Of a stretch of 64,000 nucleotides of DNA, positions 1-8,570 are shown piece after piece (within the stretch, counting starts at the first letter, position 1; each line of letters opens with the position of its first letter). The notes under the pieces were generated by a model that was not told where the DNA came from, made no database searches, and saw only the letters and a program-made list of their open reading frames with translations. The translations under genes were made by a program, and so were the position numbers. Origin of the DNA: Gammaproteobacteria bacterium (lineage in GTDB: Bacteria; Pseudomonadota; Gammaproteobacteria; Chromatiales; Chromatiaceae); NCBI GenBank assembly GCA_015490795.1, contig WFXD01000005.1, positions 4,690 through 68,689 of the forward strand, given 5' to 3'.

Positions 1-187
1 CTGGTCATGACGATATCACCGTACACAAGGTTTACGGTCTCATCATCAATCACGGGATCAGCAGGAGCTGCTGCTTTAGGTGCAGGCGCAGGCGCTGCTT
101 TTTCAGCAGAATGAACTGCACCGGTAAATAAGAATAGGCCCACAGTCAGGATGACTGACAGCAGCCCTGAGCTACGCATCTTCAGCA
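1..187 (-). CDS. N-terminal fragment of a secreted protein of unknown function (gene runs off the window edge)
   Basis: ATG at 187 with GGGAGG about 8 nt upstream. Translation MLKMRSSGLLSVILTVGLFLFTGAVHSAEKAAPAPAPKAAAPA... reads as a Sec signal peptide plus an Ala/Pro linker. The frame stays open to position 1. Confidence 0.5.
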
Positions 188-227
188 TTACGCTACCCTC
201 CCGGATATATGTTTATTATGGTGTAAC

Positions 228-257
228 TGTTCAAGGGGGCTTCAAAGCCCCCTTGAA
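228..257 (-). terminator. Perfect 13-bp stem / 4-nt loop hairpin downstream of the cytochrome c gene; possible operon terminator or RNA stabiliser
   Basis: gttcaagggggct-tcaa-agcccccttgaac lies 17 nt after the stop at 274. No clear U-tract follows, so terminator function is uncertain. Confidence 0.45.
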
Positions 258-273
258 CATTAAGTGTAGCTAA

Positions 274-711
274 TTATTTCTGAAAGCCACGGATGATGTG
301 TACCATAGTCCAGGCTTCCTCTTCGGAGACCTCTTTGCCTTTCTTTGCGACACCTGCTTTCCAGCCTTTCATTTCGGTATCCTTGCTGCCGTTCATGATG
401 AGCCAGTAGAGTTGGCCATCGGTGGCAGATGACCCGGCGGTCCAGTCAGGTGGAGGTGGTTCCATACCTTTGGCGCCTGGCCCTTTGCCGTTGCCCTTGG
501 AGCCATGACACTTTTTACACTTCTTTTTATAGCCTTTTTTGAAGACTTTTTTGATGGCATCGTCATCCGCTTCAACCGGGTTGGTCAGACCTGCTGCTTC
601 GGCTGGCACTTTTGCCAGGGTCTCTTCAGATGTGGCAGCTGCGAACCCAGCGGCCAGACTCATGCTCAGTGCAACGGTTGCTATGGTGATACTTTTTTTC
701 AATCGCTTCAT
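274..711 (-). CDS. Monohaem class-I c-type cytochrome, periplasmic
   Basis: Internal start MKRLKKSITIATVALSMSLAAGFAAA (signal peptide) with GGAGG upstream. Single CKKCH haem motif; candidate distal Met in WLIMNGSKDTEMKGW. Confidence 0.85.
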   Translation of the reverse strand: MKRLKKSITIATVALSMSLAAGFAAATSEETLAKVPAEAAGLTNPVEADDDAIKKVFKKGYKKKCKKCHGSKGNGKGPGAKGMEPPPPDWTAGSSATDGQLYWLIMNGSKDTEMKGWKAGVAKKGKEVSEEEAWTMVHIIRGFQK

Positions 712-879
712 AGTTTCCTCCACGGATACTTGATAGTTCGAAGAAGTACAAGTTGGTAGCGGTATTCCCCCGCTGGTTAGTACTATATCCAGCACAAGGC
801 CTTTATGCGGGATAGAGCTTTAGAGCAGCCCAGCCATGGATAGGTTCATATCTTCATAGCTGGGCTGCACATTTTGTGG

Positions 880-1545
880 TTACTCCTCTTCCATCTCAGG
901 CCATGCAACGTCTGCATGAACAAGGTTGTAGTGGCAGTTGATGCAGGAGACACCTTTTTCCTTCATGGTTTTGTGCTGGCCAATATCCTGCCACCATTCA
1001 CTCTCTGTTTTATGGCAGACCAGGCACTTTTCACTCTGATCTTCCACCATCTGCTGGCGTACCTTCGCTGCCATTTTAGGTCGAAGCTCATTCTCCCACA
1101 TCTCTATGTCACGCAAGCTGCTGGAGACGGCGTGGAATGGGCTTTCGCCAATAACGCCCTGGTTTAGGTAGATGAATTTCCAGTGCAGGATTTCGCGTAC
1201 GCTGTGTGGATCATGGCAGCCTACGCAGCCTGGGCGTACCTCAAGCTCGTTGTCATAGTGAGCGGATTCACGGTACTCCTCGTAGGGGTAGGCGTGGCAC
1301 TCTGCGCAGCCAACGGTCACATCGAAGGCACCGGGTTCAAAGACCTCTTTGGGTTTGTAGTCTTCAATGTCTTCACTTGCGGTGCCCATGGGTGTGTACT
1401 CGTCAAGATCGACGAATATCTCATGGCAGATGGTGCATGCGCTGATTCGAGTGAATCGGTCACTGGTACAGCTCAGACCTGAAAAGAGCAGAACCAGGAC
1501 GATGGCACCGATGATGATAAGCACACCTTTGGTTGTTGTGTTCAA
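880..1545 (-). CDS. Membrane-anchored (or lipid-anchored) five-haem c-type cytochrome, NapC/NirT-like
   Basis: N-terminal hydrophobic helix followed directly by CTICH. Five CXXCH motifs: CTICH, CAECH, CVGCH, CLVCH, CINCH. 221 aa. Confidence 0.85.
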   Translation of the reverse strand: MNTTTKGVLIIIGAIVLVLLFSGLSCTSDRFTRISACTICHEIFVDLDEYTPMGTASEDIEDYKPKEVFEPGAFDVTVGCAECHAYPYEEYRESAHYDNELEVRPGCVGCHDPHSVREILHWKFIYLNQGVIGESPFHAVSSSLRDIEMWENELRPKMAAKVRQQMVEDQSEKCLVCHKTESEWWQDIGQHKTMKEKGVSCINCHYNLVHADVAWPEMEEE

Positions 1546-1589
1546 TCTTCCATCCTCCGTTATCGTATCTATTTAAGAGGCCAGGGGGG

Positions 1590-3941
1590 TTAACCCATCT
1601 GTCTCTTATATATGGCTTCATGTTTGGCGTTATCGACTTTGATGTCGCCATATTTGTCGCCCGGTTCTGAAGGTGAAATCGTCACCACCGTATCATTCCA
1701 GGCCTGTGCTCCAGATGCTGGATCGATGGCCAGTGGAATGATGTCGTTGGGGTTGACGCCACCGTCTCTCCACCAGAGGTTGGCAGAAATGTCCTCATCC
1801 ATCTGTGATTCAGAGGCAAGAGGTGTGACTGCGGCGGGGTTTGCCTGAGCAACCCGGCCGTAGGCAGAACGCCCAACAGAGGTAGAGAACCCGATGACCT
1901 GAGGATGAATGCCCTGAGTTAACCAGGCCTTGGTGACCAGATAGCCAACCTCGCTTTTGACTCTGACCAGCTCGCCGTCGCCAATGCCCAGTTTTAACGC
2001 AATCTCCTTGTTTATCCATAGCGGGTTGGAGTGCCATAGCTCTGACAACACCTTCAGGTTGGATGTGCGTGACAGACTCTGATAACTCACTTTGAAGGTG
2101 GTCAAAACGAACTCGTTTGACTTGATGCCAGAGAGTCGCGGGTTTTCTGTCCATGCTGGCGCAGAGAGTTCAACCTTGCCAGAGGGGGTGGCAAAACCAG
2201 CCGCTTCGTAGGTTTTGTACTCAACCGGGACAGGCTCGCCGTTTTTGATAATCTTCCGTGTGTTGAGGTCAATCTTGCCGTAGGCAGGAAAGACACCTTT
2301 TTTGAGCTTTTTATAGCCTTTTTGCTCCAGCCCTGCGGTGCCTTCAACCTCTTTTTTGACCCACTCTTTGCTGTTTTTAAATGCCCAGTACTGCCTCATG
2401 CCACGGCTATCATCAGCGTCGATGGTTTCGATGATCTTCTTCAGTGTCTCCCGGACATCCTGCGCCTTGCCTCGGGAGGGAACACCTGGAATGGTCATGG
2501 TGGCCCAGGGGAGCAGAGCAGTCGGGCTGCTGCCAACATCATGGCGCTCGGTGGATACCACGTCAGGCAGGATGATGTCTGCCAGTTCGGATGTTTCGCT
2601 CATAAAGGGGCTGAAGTCAACCAGATAGGGAACCAGGCTCTCGTCTTTCAGCACATCACGCCAGACGCTTGCCGCCGGAGATGAGTAGGCCGGGTTGCTC
2701 ATGTGATTGAACAGTATCGCCACTTTACGCTTGCCGCCTTTAACCTCGAATGGGAAGGTGTGATTCAGCTGGCGAGAGCTGCTGCCTGATGGGGCCGGTG
2801 CAGGTTGAATAGAGGCGATATCGAACTGACGTGGCAGGCAGTTGCCGCCTTCAATGTCGATGTTCCCGGTTATGATGGCCAGAAGCTGACAGGCCGCTTC
2901 GGCATCTACACCGCCCTGATGGAAGCTCAGGCCATTTTGACTGACGACTGTAGCGGGTTTGTTTTTGGCAAACTCAATGGCGATGCGCTTGATATCCTTG
3001 GCTGAAACACCACTTGCTTTTTGTGCCTTGGCAGGTGTGTAGGCCTTCAGTTGCTGAGCCAGTTCTTCCGCAGTGGTGTTGGTCCAGTTGTTGATGAAGT
3101 CAATATTTGCCAGGTTTTTCTCCATGATTACATTGGCCATGGCCAGTGCAATGATGCCGTCACTGCCTGGAAATACCGGAATCCACTCATCACTCTTGCC
3201 GGCGGTGTGCGACATGCGGACATCAAAGGTGACGAGTTTAAGGCGATTGTTGACGATGCCATCGGTCAGCCGTTGGGCCAGCGGCAGGGCTGTCTCAATG
3301 ATGTTGGCGCCAAAGTTCAGAACATATTTGGTGTTTTCAAAGTCCGGTAGTGTGGAGTCCACACCAAAGGTCTCTCTAAGTACCAGCTGTTTGGCAACGC
3401 TGCTGATGGAGGGAACCCGGCTGCGGATGACTGAGCTTGAACCCAGCGTATCCATAAAGCGTGTTGTGCCGCCATCTTTAAAGGCACCTTCATTCAGATG
3501 GATGCTGTCCGGGTTGCTATCCAGTGCCGTTTTTACCTTTGCGGAGACCTCGGCGATCGCTTCATCCCAGCTGATCTCTGTCCATTGGCCAGAGCCGCGT
3601 GGGCCTGAGCGCTTCATGGGAGTGAGAATTCTGTCAGGGTCATAGGCACCAAAGAAGGATGCCAGCCCTTTGCTGCAGAACTTGCCGCGTGTTGCGATAT
3701 GGTCAGGGTTGCCCTCAACCTTCTCTATTTTACCGGCTTCTTCATAGCAGAACCCGCCATCAAAATAGGGACACATGGTGCAGAGAAATGTTGTCTTCTT
3801 GCGCTCATGAAAGGTCCTGATCTGATGGAAGTCGGCACCGCCGAGCTTAAGCTCCATCGCTGTACCCATGGAGGGGACTGCCGCAGCAGTAGTAGCGATT
3901 GCGCCTGCTTTTAAGAAGTCTCGTCTGTTGATTTTTGACAT
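1590..3941 (-). CDS. Molybdopterin (Mo-bisPGD, DMSO-reductase family) oxidoreductase catalytic subunit, Tat-exported; Psr/Phs/Ttr-like, substrate unknown
   Basis: Start at MSKINRRDFLKAGA (twin-arginine motif) with GGAG upstream. N-terminal FeS motif CTMC-x7-C-x23-C followed by GNPDH...GKFCSKG. About 783 aa, the size of PsrA/PhsA. Confidence 0.9.
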   Translation of the reverse strand: MSKINRRDFLKAGAIATTAAAVPSMGTAMELKLGGADFHQIRTFHERKKTTFLCTMCPYFDGGFCYEEAGKIEKVEGNPDHIATRGKFCSKGLASFFGAYDPDRILTPMKRSGPRGSGQWTEISWDEAIAEVSAKVKTALDSNPDSIHLNEGAFKDGGTTRFMDTLGSSSVIRSRVPSISSVAKQLVLRETFGVDSTLPDFENTKYVLNFGANIIETALPLAQRLTDGIVNNRLKLVTFDVRMSHTAGKSDEWIPVFPGSDGIIALAMANVIMEKNLANIDFINNWTNTTAEELAQQLKAYTPAKAQKASGVSAKDIKRIAIEFAKNKPATVVSQNGLSFHQGGVDAEAACQLLAIITGNIDIEGGNCLPRQFDIASIQPAPAPSGSSSRQLNHTFPFEVKGGKRKVAILFNHMSNPAYSSPAASVWRDVLKDESLVPYLVDFSPFMSETSELADIILPDVVSTERHDVGSSPTALLPWATMTIPGVPSRGKAQDVRETLKKIIETIDADDSRGMRQYWAFKNSKEWVKKEVEGTAGLEQKGYKKLKKGVFPAYGKIDLNTRKIIKNGEPVPVEYKTYEAAGFATPSGKVELSAPAWTENPRLSGIKSNEFVLTTFKVSYQSLSRTSNLKVLSELWHSNPLWINKEIALKLGIGDGELVRVKSEVGYLVTKAWLTQGIHPQVIGFSTSVGRSAYGRVAQANPAAVTPLASESQMDEDISANLWWRDGGVNPNDIIPLAIDPASGAQAWNDTVVTISPSEPGDKYGDIKVDNAKHEAIYKRQMG

Positions 3942-3957
3942 TGTTCTATTCTCCAAA

Positions 3958-4863
3958 TCAATAGAAAGACTGTATGTACTGACCACCCATTACCCACCAG
4001 ACCCGCATGCCGTATACGCCGACAGCTACCAGGAAGGCGGCACCATACACCCCAAGCCGTGTACGCTTGAGTGGTGATACCAGAAGGATGAGTGGAATAA
4101 GCAGGCCGATGATGACCTCCAGCCATATATAGGGTGTAAAAAAGATACCCATCAACACTGTGCTGTGGCCGAGATACTCGCTTGCTGTACCGTACTGAGT
4201 CTGCATGAAGTCAAGAAAGAGCAGGAAGAAGTCAAATACGATGCCGTACATCATATATTGCGCCATCTCCTCCATGAGCTCCCACTTGATTTTTTTCTCT
4301 GGTCGCATGAACTGGTTCTGGACCCACAGCACCAGAATCATCAAGCCGATACCCGATATAAAGGCACCTGTAAGAAACAATAGTGGTGCAAGCGGCGTAT
4401 GGTTGACGTAACGGCCGGGGTTCAGTTCCATAACAACGCCGGTGTACCAGTGCGTTGACAGGGCGAGAACAATAGCGATGATCCCAACTATCTTTGCCCA
4501 CTTTTGATTGTTTTTTATGACAAAGTAGGTGTAGACAAACATCGAGACCGGGTAGCTCAGGATCAATAAAGAACCCCACGACATGGGGGCCGTTCCGTGC
4601 CAGTACCCCGGTAACATGAGGTAGATGAAGCGGAACGGTTTACCCAGATCCCAGATCAGCAGAACGGGGACGATCATCAACATGGCGATGGCCAGTATGG
4701 ATGCGGTCAGCGCCAGCGGTTTGTAGCGTTTGATGCCGAATACCCAGCCGAACGCGGAGAGTACAAATGAACCGGCACTGGCACCAACAAGCCAGAAGTA
4801 GATAGTAATAGGCGTCCCCCACGGGTTGTGGTGGACAGCGTTATACGTAATTATGGTTTCCAT
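3958..4863 (-). CDS. NrfD/PsrC-type integral membrane quinone-interacting subunit
   Basis: 301 aa and very hydrophobic, with about 8 predicted TM helices. Sits between the FeS and catalytic subunits. N-terminus METIITYNAVHHNPWGTPITIYFWLVGASAG is typical of the NrfD family. Confidence 0.85.
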   Translation of the reverse strand: METIITYNAVHHNPWGTPITIYFWLVGASAGSFVLSAFGWVFGIKRYKPLALTASILAIAMLMIVPVLLIWDLGKPFRFIYLMLPGYWHGTAPMSWGSLLILSYPVSMFVYTYFVIKNNQKWAKIVGIIAIVLALSTHWYTGVVMELNPGRYVNHTPLAPLLFLTGAFISGIGLMILVLWVQNQFMRPEKKIKWELMEEMAQYMMYGIVFDFFLLFLDFMQTQYGTASEYLGHSTVLMGIFFTPYIWLEVIIGLLIPLILLVSPLKRTRLGVYGAAFLVAVGVYGMRVWWVMGGQYIQSFY

Positions 4864-4878
4864 TTGTAGTATCCCCCC

Positions 4879-5757
4879 TTATCCAAACAGCAGCTTTTTA
4901 AGCGCTGCGACCACTTCGTGATACTTGTGTGGTATTGACGCTATAAAGTCGGACATGTTTTTGCCTACATGGTACATGGTGTTCTCACCTTCAACGATAT
5001 CTCCGAAAGCATCTCCGTGATGATTGCGTTTATAGGTATTGAACTCCTCCCTCTGCTGAGCGGTGCGGTGCTTGTAGTTATGCGGCTCATCCATGATCTC
5101 CCAGTCGCCACCGATATAGTAGACGGATGGGCTTGTTCCAAGCTCGGGTTTGAGCACCGTCACCTTCTCTCTGGCGACAAGTTTCGCTACTTCGCTCTTG
5201 GGGTCGTTAATGTCGCCAAATATGCGGGCACCGCCTACGCAGGCCTGAACGCATGCCGGCACCAGCCCCTTCTTGACCCGGTGGATACAGAAGGTGCACT
5301 TATCGACAACCAGTACAGGCAGGTTGTTATTGGTGCGTTTGGCGGGAAGAAAATGTCTGGCATTGTACGGACATGCAACGACGCAGGTTCGACACCCAAT
5401 GCAACGGTTATACCGTTGCAGCACAAAGCCCTCTTCGTGTTTGAAGGTAGCCTGTGTGGGACAGTTGCGCACGCAGATAGGGTAGTCGCAGTGGTTGCAC
5501 AGGCGGGGCATGAAGATGCGTCTGCTATCTGGATACCTCCCCTTGTCTGCAACCATAACCCAGGTTCGCCAGACACCCAGAGGGACGCCATATTCGGCTT
5601 TACAAGCTACTACGCAGGACATGCACCCAATGCATTTCCTGAGGTCAATGACCATTGAGTAGCGCCTTGTACCGGGGATACCCTTTGTTCCCGGTGTTTG
5701 AGCTCCATACTCACGCAGATGGTGAGCAGGGCCTTCATGTTTGTTTTCTGTTGCCAT
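4879..5757 (-). CDS. 4Fe-4S ferredoxin-type electron-transfer subunit (PsrB/DmsB-like) with a C-terminal extension of about 80 aa
   Basis: Cys clusters CIGCMSCVVAC, CNHCDYPICVRNCP, CIGCRTCVVACP and CTFC...C..AC. Confidence 0.9.
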   Translation of the reverse strand: MATENKHEGPAHHLREYGAQTPGTKGIPGTRRYSMVIDLRKCIGCMSCVVACKAEYGVPLGVWRTWVMVADKGRYPDSRRIFMPRLCNHCDYPICVRNCPTQATFKHEEGFVLQRYNRCIGCRTCVVACPYNARHFLPAKRTNNNLPVLVVDKCTFCIHRVKKGLVPACVQACVGGARIFGDINDPKSEVAKLVAREKVTVLKPELGTSPSVYYIGGDWEIMDEPHNYKHRTAQQREEFNTYKRNHHGDAFGDIVEGENTMYHVGKNMSDFIASIPHKYHEVVAALKKLLFG

Positions 5758-6066
5758 TTAGACTCCCGTTTGCAGTTTTGAGCACTGAAATTTGGGTTCG
5801 GTAACAATATGAAAAAACACGCGCCCTTGGCAAGGGATATTTCTCCTGTACTTCCCTGTGAAGGCAGGAACAGCTGCAAGAGATACCACTTAGGTGATAC
5901 GAGGTGGTAGCTGTGCAATAGCTTGTAAATTAAAGATAAATAATGGTTACAGGCTGGGTGTGGTATGACGGATAAGATTCAATCAGGTTATTTGGTGGTA
6001 TCCCCTTTTTTCAGGGTGAGAAATGCAGGATATAGCTGTTGTAACTGCTGCAAAGGGAGGTATCTT

Positions 6067-6837
6067 TTACCTGTTCAACAATTGGCGAACATATTTAACA
6101 GGGATGGCATAGCTAATCCCGGTTGGATTGGTCAGTGCGGACTCCTTGGTATTCTTTACCAGAACGCTGTTCACTACGCCCAGCACATGGCCTGTATCCA
6201 CAGAATACAACGGGCTGCCACTGTTGCCCGGATAGGCTGTGGCATCCAATTGAAAAACATTGAACGGGTTTTTAATACGGCGGATATGCTTTACCTCCAG
6301 TTGCCGTGAATTCAGTGCGGGAATGACAATGGGGGTAATGGCAGAGACAATGCCGCGGTGAGTTACTGGATAAAGTCCCAGTACCATGCCGATAGGAAAG
6401 CCGGTGAAAGCATACAGTTCGCCCTCGCGCACAGTGGCAGAATCCCCCAGTTTCAATGCTGGCAGTGGATCGCCGGTAATAGCCAGCAGTGCAAGATCGT
6501 GAGTCATATCTGTAGCCACTACGGTGGCTTTGCGCCCTTTGGCCTGTTTTCCACGGCCTTGAAATATTGCCAGCGTCTCCCGCCGGGCATAGTCCACTAT
6601 CTCCGGGATTACATGGTGGTTGGTGATGATATGGCGTCCATCCCCTACGACAAACCCGGTGCCCATGAATTGGGCTTTAGGACTACGGGTAGGCATGATG
6701 GTCCCTATGGCTACGATGCTTGGGCGAATGGCCTCTACAGTGTTGGGGAGTTCACTTGCATTGGAGATCAATGGAGAAAGCAATATCATGATCCAAGTGA
6801 TGTTGCCACATATAAGTGAGTTCAGCTTTCTGGTCAT
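6067..6837 (-). CDS. Secreted trypsin-like (S1/S1C-type) serine peptidase
   Basis: Signal peptide. Catalytic motifs TNHHV (His), HDLALL (Asp) and GNSGSPL (Ser). Confidence 0.85.
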   Translation of the reverse strand: MTRKLNSLICGNITWIMILLSPLISNASELPNTVEAIRPSIVAIGTIMPTRSPKAQFMGTGFVVGDGRHIITNHHVIPEIVDYARRETLAIFQGRGKQAKGRKATVVATDMTHDLALLAITGDPLPALKLGDSATVREGELYAFTGFPIGMVLGLYPVTHRGIVSAITPIVIPALNSRQLEVKHIRRIKNPFNVFQLDATAYPGNSGSPLYSVDTGHVLGVVNSVLVKNTKESALTNPTGISYAIPVKYVRQLLNR

Positions 6838-6923
6838 AATTATTCTCAGATATTGGTGCCTGCAAAATGTGCTGTAGTTGTGCTGGACATTGCCTTTTTG
6901 GCGGGGTCAATTGAGTTTCAGGA

Positions 6924-8249
6924 TCAATACTCGTAGCGAACGGAGCCCCTGACCTGGGTTCGGTAATAGTTGTAGATTTCAATATTACTATTGCCTTCAG
7001 TGTAGTCCAGGTTTGAACGTACAGCCCATTGTCTGCCGGGCCTGTATGTCATGCCAAGTGAATAGTTGCGGTATTCATCCTCGCGTTTTGTAAGAAAAAG
7101 CGGGTCGTTTCCCCGGTACCGGCTCTTTTGTGACTGGATGGTAAAGTCGAGACTGAACCTTGGGTTGACTGTGAGCTGGCTGCCGATACTGAGGCCGTAA
7201 ATATCCCTGTCAATCCTGGATCTGGCAAATGCAGGATCATCCCTTGCGCGCTCTACGCCGCCATAAAGAGAGCCAAAAACCACAGGTTGCAAAGCCCCTG
7301 CAAAGATATGTTGAAATCCTGTTCCTCCCATCTGTTGCCGGGAATTATAATACTCTTCAGTATGAAACTTCATATCAGCTAACTGCAAAAAACCAGTCAA
7401 TTGGGTTTGTGCATCGGGCTGCCAGCTTAGCTCGCTGTTGATTGAAAGCATTTCGCGGTAACGGTCATGGCCTACTTCATAATTCTGCCACTCCATTCCG
7501 ATCTTAAAGTGCCCCCGGTCACCGGAAAAGATAAGGCCGCTTTGAATATCGAATATGCCAATATTGAACTTGGAAATATCTTCATGGCTCCTTTGGCTGA
7601 TATTCATATCACCAAATAGAGTGACCCCGGGCTTCAGTGGGTGGTTGACAGTTACTCCGCCAGCAAAGCTGAAATAGTTATCACCCATAGAGAGTGAAGT
7701 ATCATTCAGGGTGCTAATACCGAACCTGTCTATATATCCAGCAGCAGAGGGTGCGTTGCTGACATTGGAGTCATAACCAAGCCCAAACTCAATATACATG
7801 CCAGTGGTGGTTTTATAGTTGGCTTCGCGCAGACGAATGGCATCCATAAACAGGTTGATATTGGCCTTCACTTCCGTTGGAGGAGCGCTGTCCAGTACCT
7901 TGGTGAACTCCTGGCGGGCGCGACCATACTGCTTGAGCAGAAAGTAGCCGCGTGCCAGTTCAAGCCGTGCTCTCTGGTCGTTTGGGCGGAGCATGAGTAT
8001 GCGTTCCAGTGCAAGCATACCTTGGCTGATATGGCCGCTATCAATTGCAGCGAGGGCATAGTGGTAGTCGAAGGCGGGATCACCCCCTGCTTCCAGTAGA
8101 TGTTTTTTGGCCAGCTTGTAGGCATCATTGATCAGGCCTGCATGGTAAAGTTTTTTGATTGTATTAATGACATCAGCTTCTGCATACGCCGATGCAATAC
8201 CAAAGGCCAGCAGACAAGTTGTAATAAAACAGGATATCAGCCATTTCAT
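6924..8249 (-). CDS. Outer-membrane protein: N-terminal TPR region plus C-terminal beta-barrel (Slam / DUF560-like)
   Basis: Signal peptide MKWLISCFITTCLLAFGIASAYA. TPR-like helices over about aa 25-135. This is followed by alternating-hydrophobicity strands (YIEFGLGYDSNVSN...) ending in ...SVRYEY with an aromatic terminus. Confidence 0.6.
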   Translation of the reverse strand: MKWLISCFITTCLLAFGIASAYAEADVINTIKKLYHAGLINDAYKLAKKHLLEAGGDPAFDYHYALAAIDSGHISQGMLALERILMLRPNDQRARLELARGYFLLKQYGRARQEFTKVLDSAPPTEVKANINLFMDAIRLREANYKTTTGMYIEFGLGYDSNVSNAPSAAGYIDRFGISTLNDTSLSMGDNYFSFAGGVTVNHPLKPGVTLFGDMNISQRSHEDISKFNIGIFDIQSGLIFSGDRGHFKIGMEWQNYEVGHDRYREMLSINSELSWQPDAQTQLTGFLQLADMKFHTEEYYNSRQQMGGTGFQHIFAGALQPVVFGSLYGGVERARDDPAFARSRIDRDIYGLSIGSQLTVNPRFSLDFTIQSQKSRYRGNDPLFLTKREDEYRNYSLGMTYRPGRQWAVRSNLDYTEGNSNIEIYNYYRTQVRGSVRYEY

Positions 8250-8393
8250 TGTTTTTATTTTTTTGTTAAAGAGTGGTTGCCCTGCTTATATTAATATGGC
8301 ACTGACATGAAAAGCGCAATAGAAATGAAAAGCAGTAGCGGCTCTCCCTGCCAAATTTCAGCATATCTGAGAGGTTCTGCTTCTGAAAGAGCG

Positions 8394-8561
8394 CTAGGAG
8401 CCTGCCGGACTTAGGATGAACTGGCTGCGGAAGTGGGAGAGCGGCTCAAATATCCCCGGTTTTTCGTTGCGTAGACCCACTATGCGCCTCAAAACCGGGA
8501 ATATTTGCGCTCGCTCTCCCACTCCCTCGCTACAATCCACCTAAGTCCGACAGGCTCCTAG
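8394..8561. repeat. 168-bp imperfect palindrome (MITE / ERIC-like element or large structured RNA)
   Basis: The 22-nt ends ctaggagcctgCcggacttagg and cctaagtccgAcaggctcctag are reverse complements with one mismatch. Inner arms gtgggagagcg...ccccggtttt and aaaaccggg...cgctctcccac also pair. Intergenic. Confidence 0.7.
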
Positions 8562-8570
8562 CTCTTCCCT

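Noticed and set aside
5965-6309. 114-aa plus-strand ORF and 102-aa minus-strand ORF (5610-5918) in or near the 5758-6066 intergenic region
   Set aside because: The first overlaps the protease 3' end on the opposite strand and the second overlaps the FeS-subunit start. Neither has a motif or a ribosome-binding site. The region is better read as the promoter and leader of the Mo-enzyme operon.
6790-6837. Possible lipobox (LNSLIC-G) at the N-terminus of the trypsin-like protease, which would fit a Slam lipoprotein cargo
   Set aside because: The Cys is at residue 10, before the hydrophobic core, and the -1 residue is Ile. A standard signal peptidase I site (ISNA-SE) fits better.
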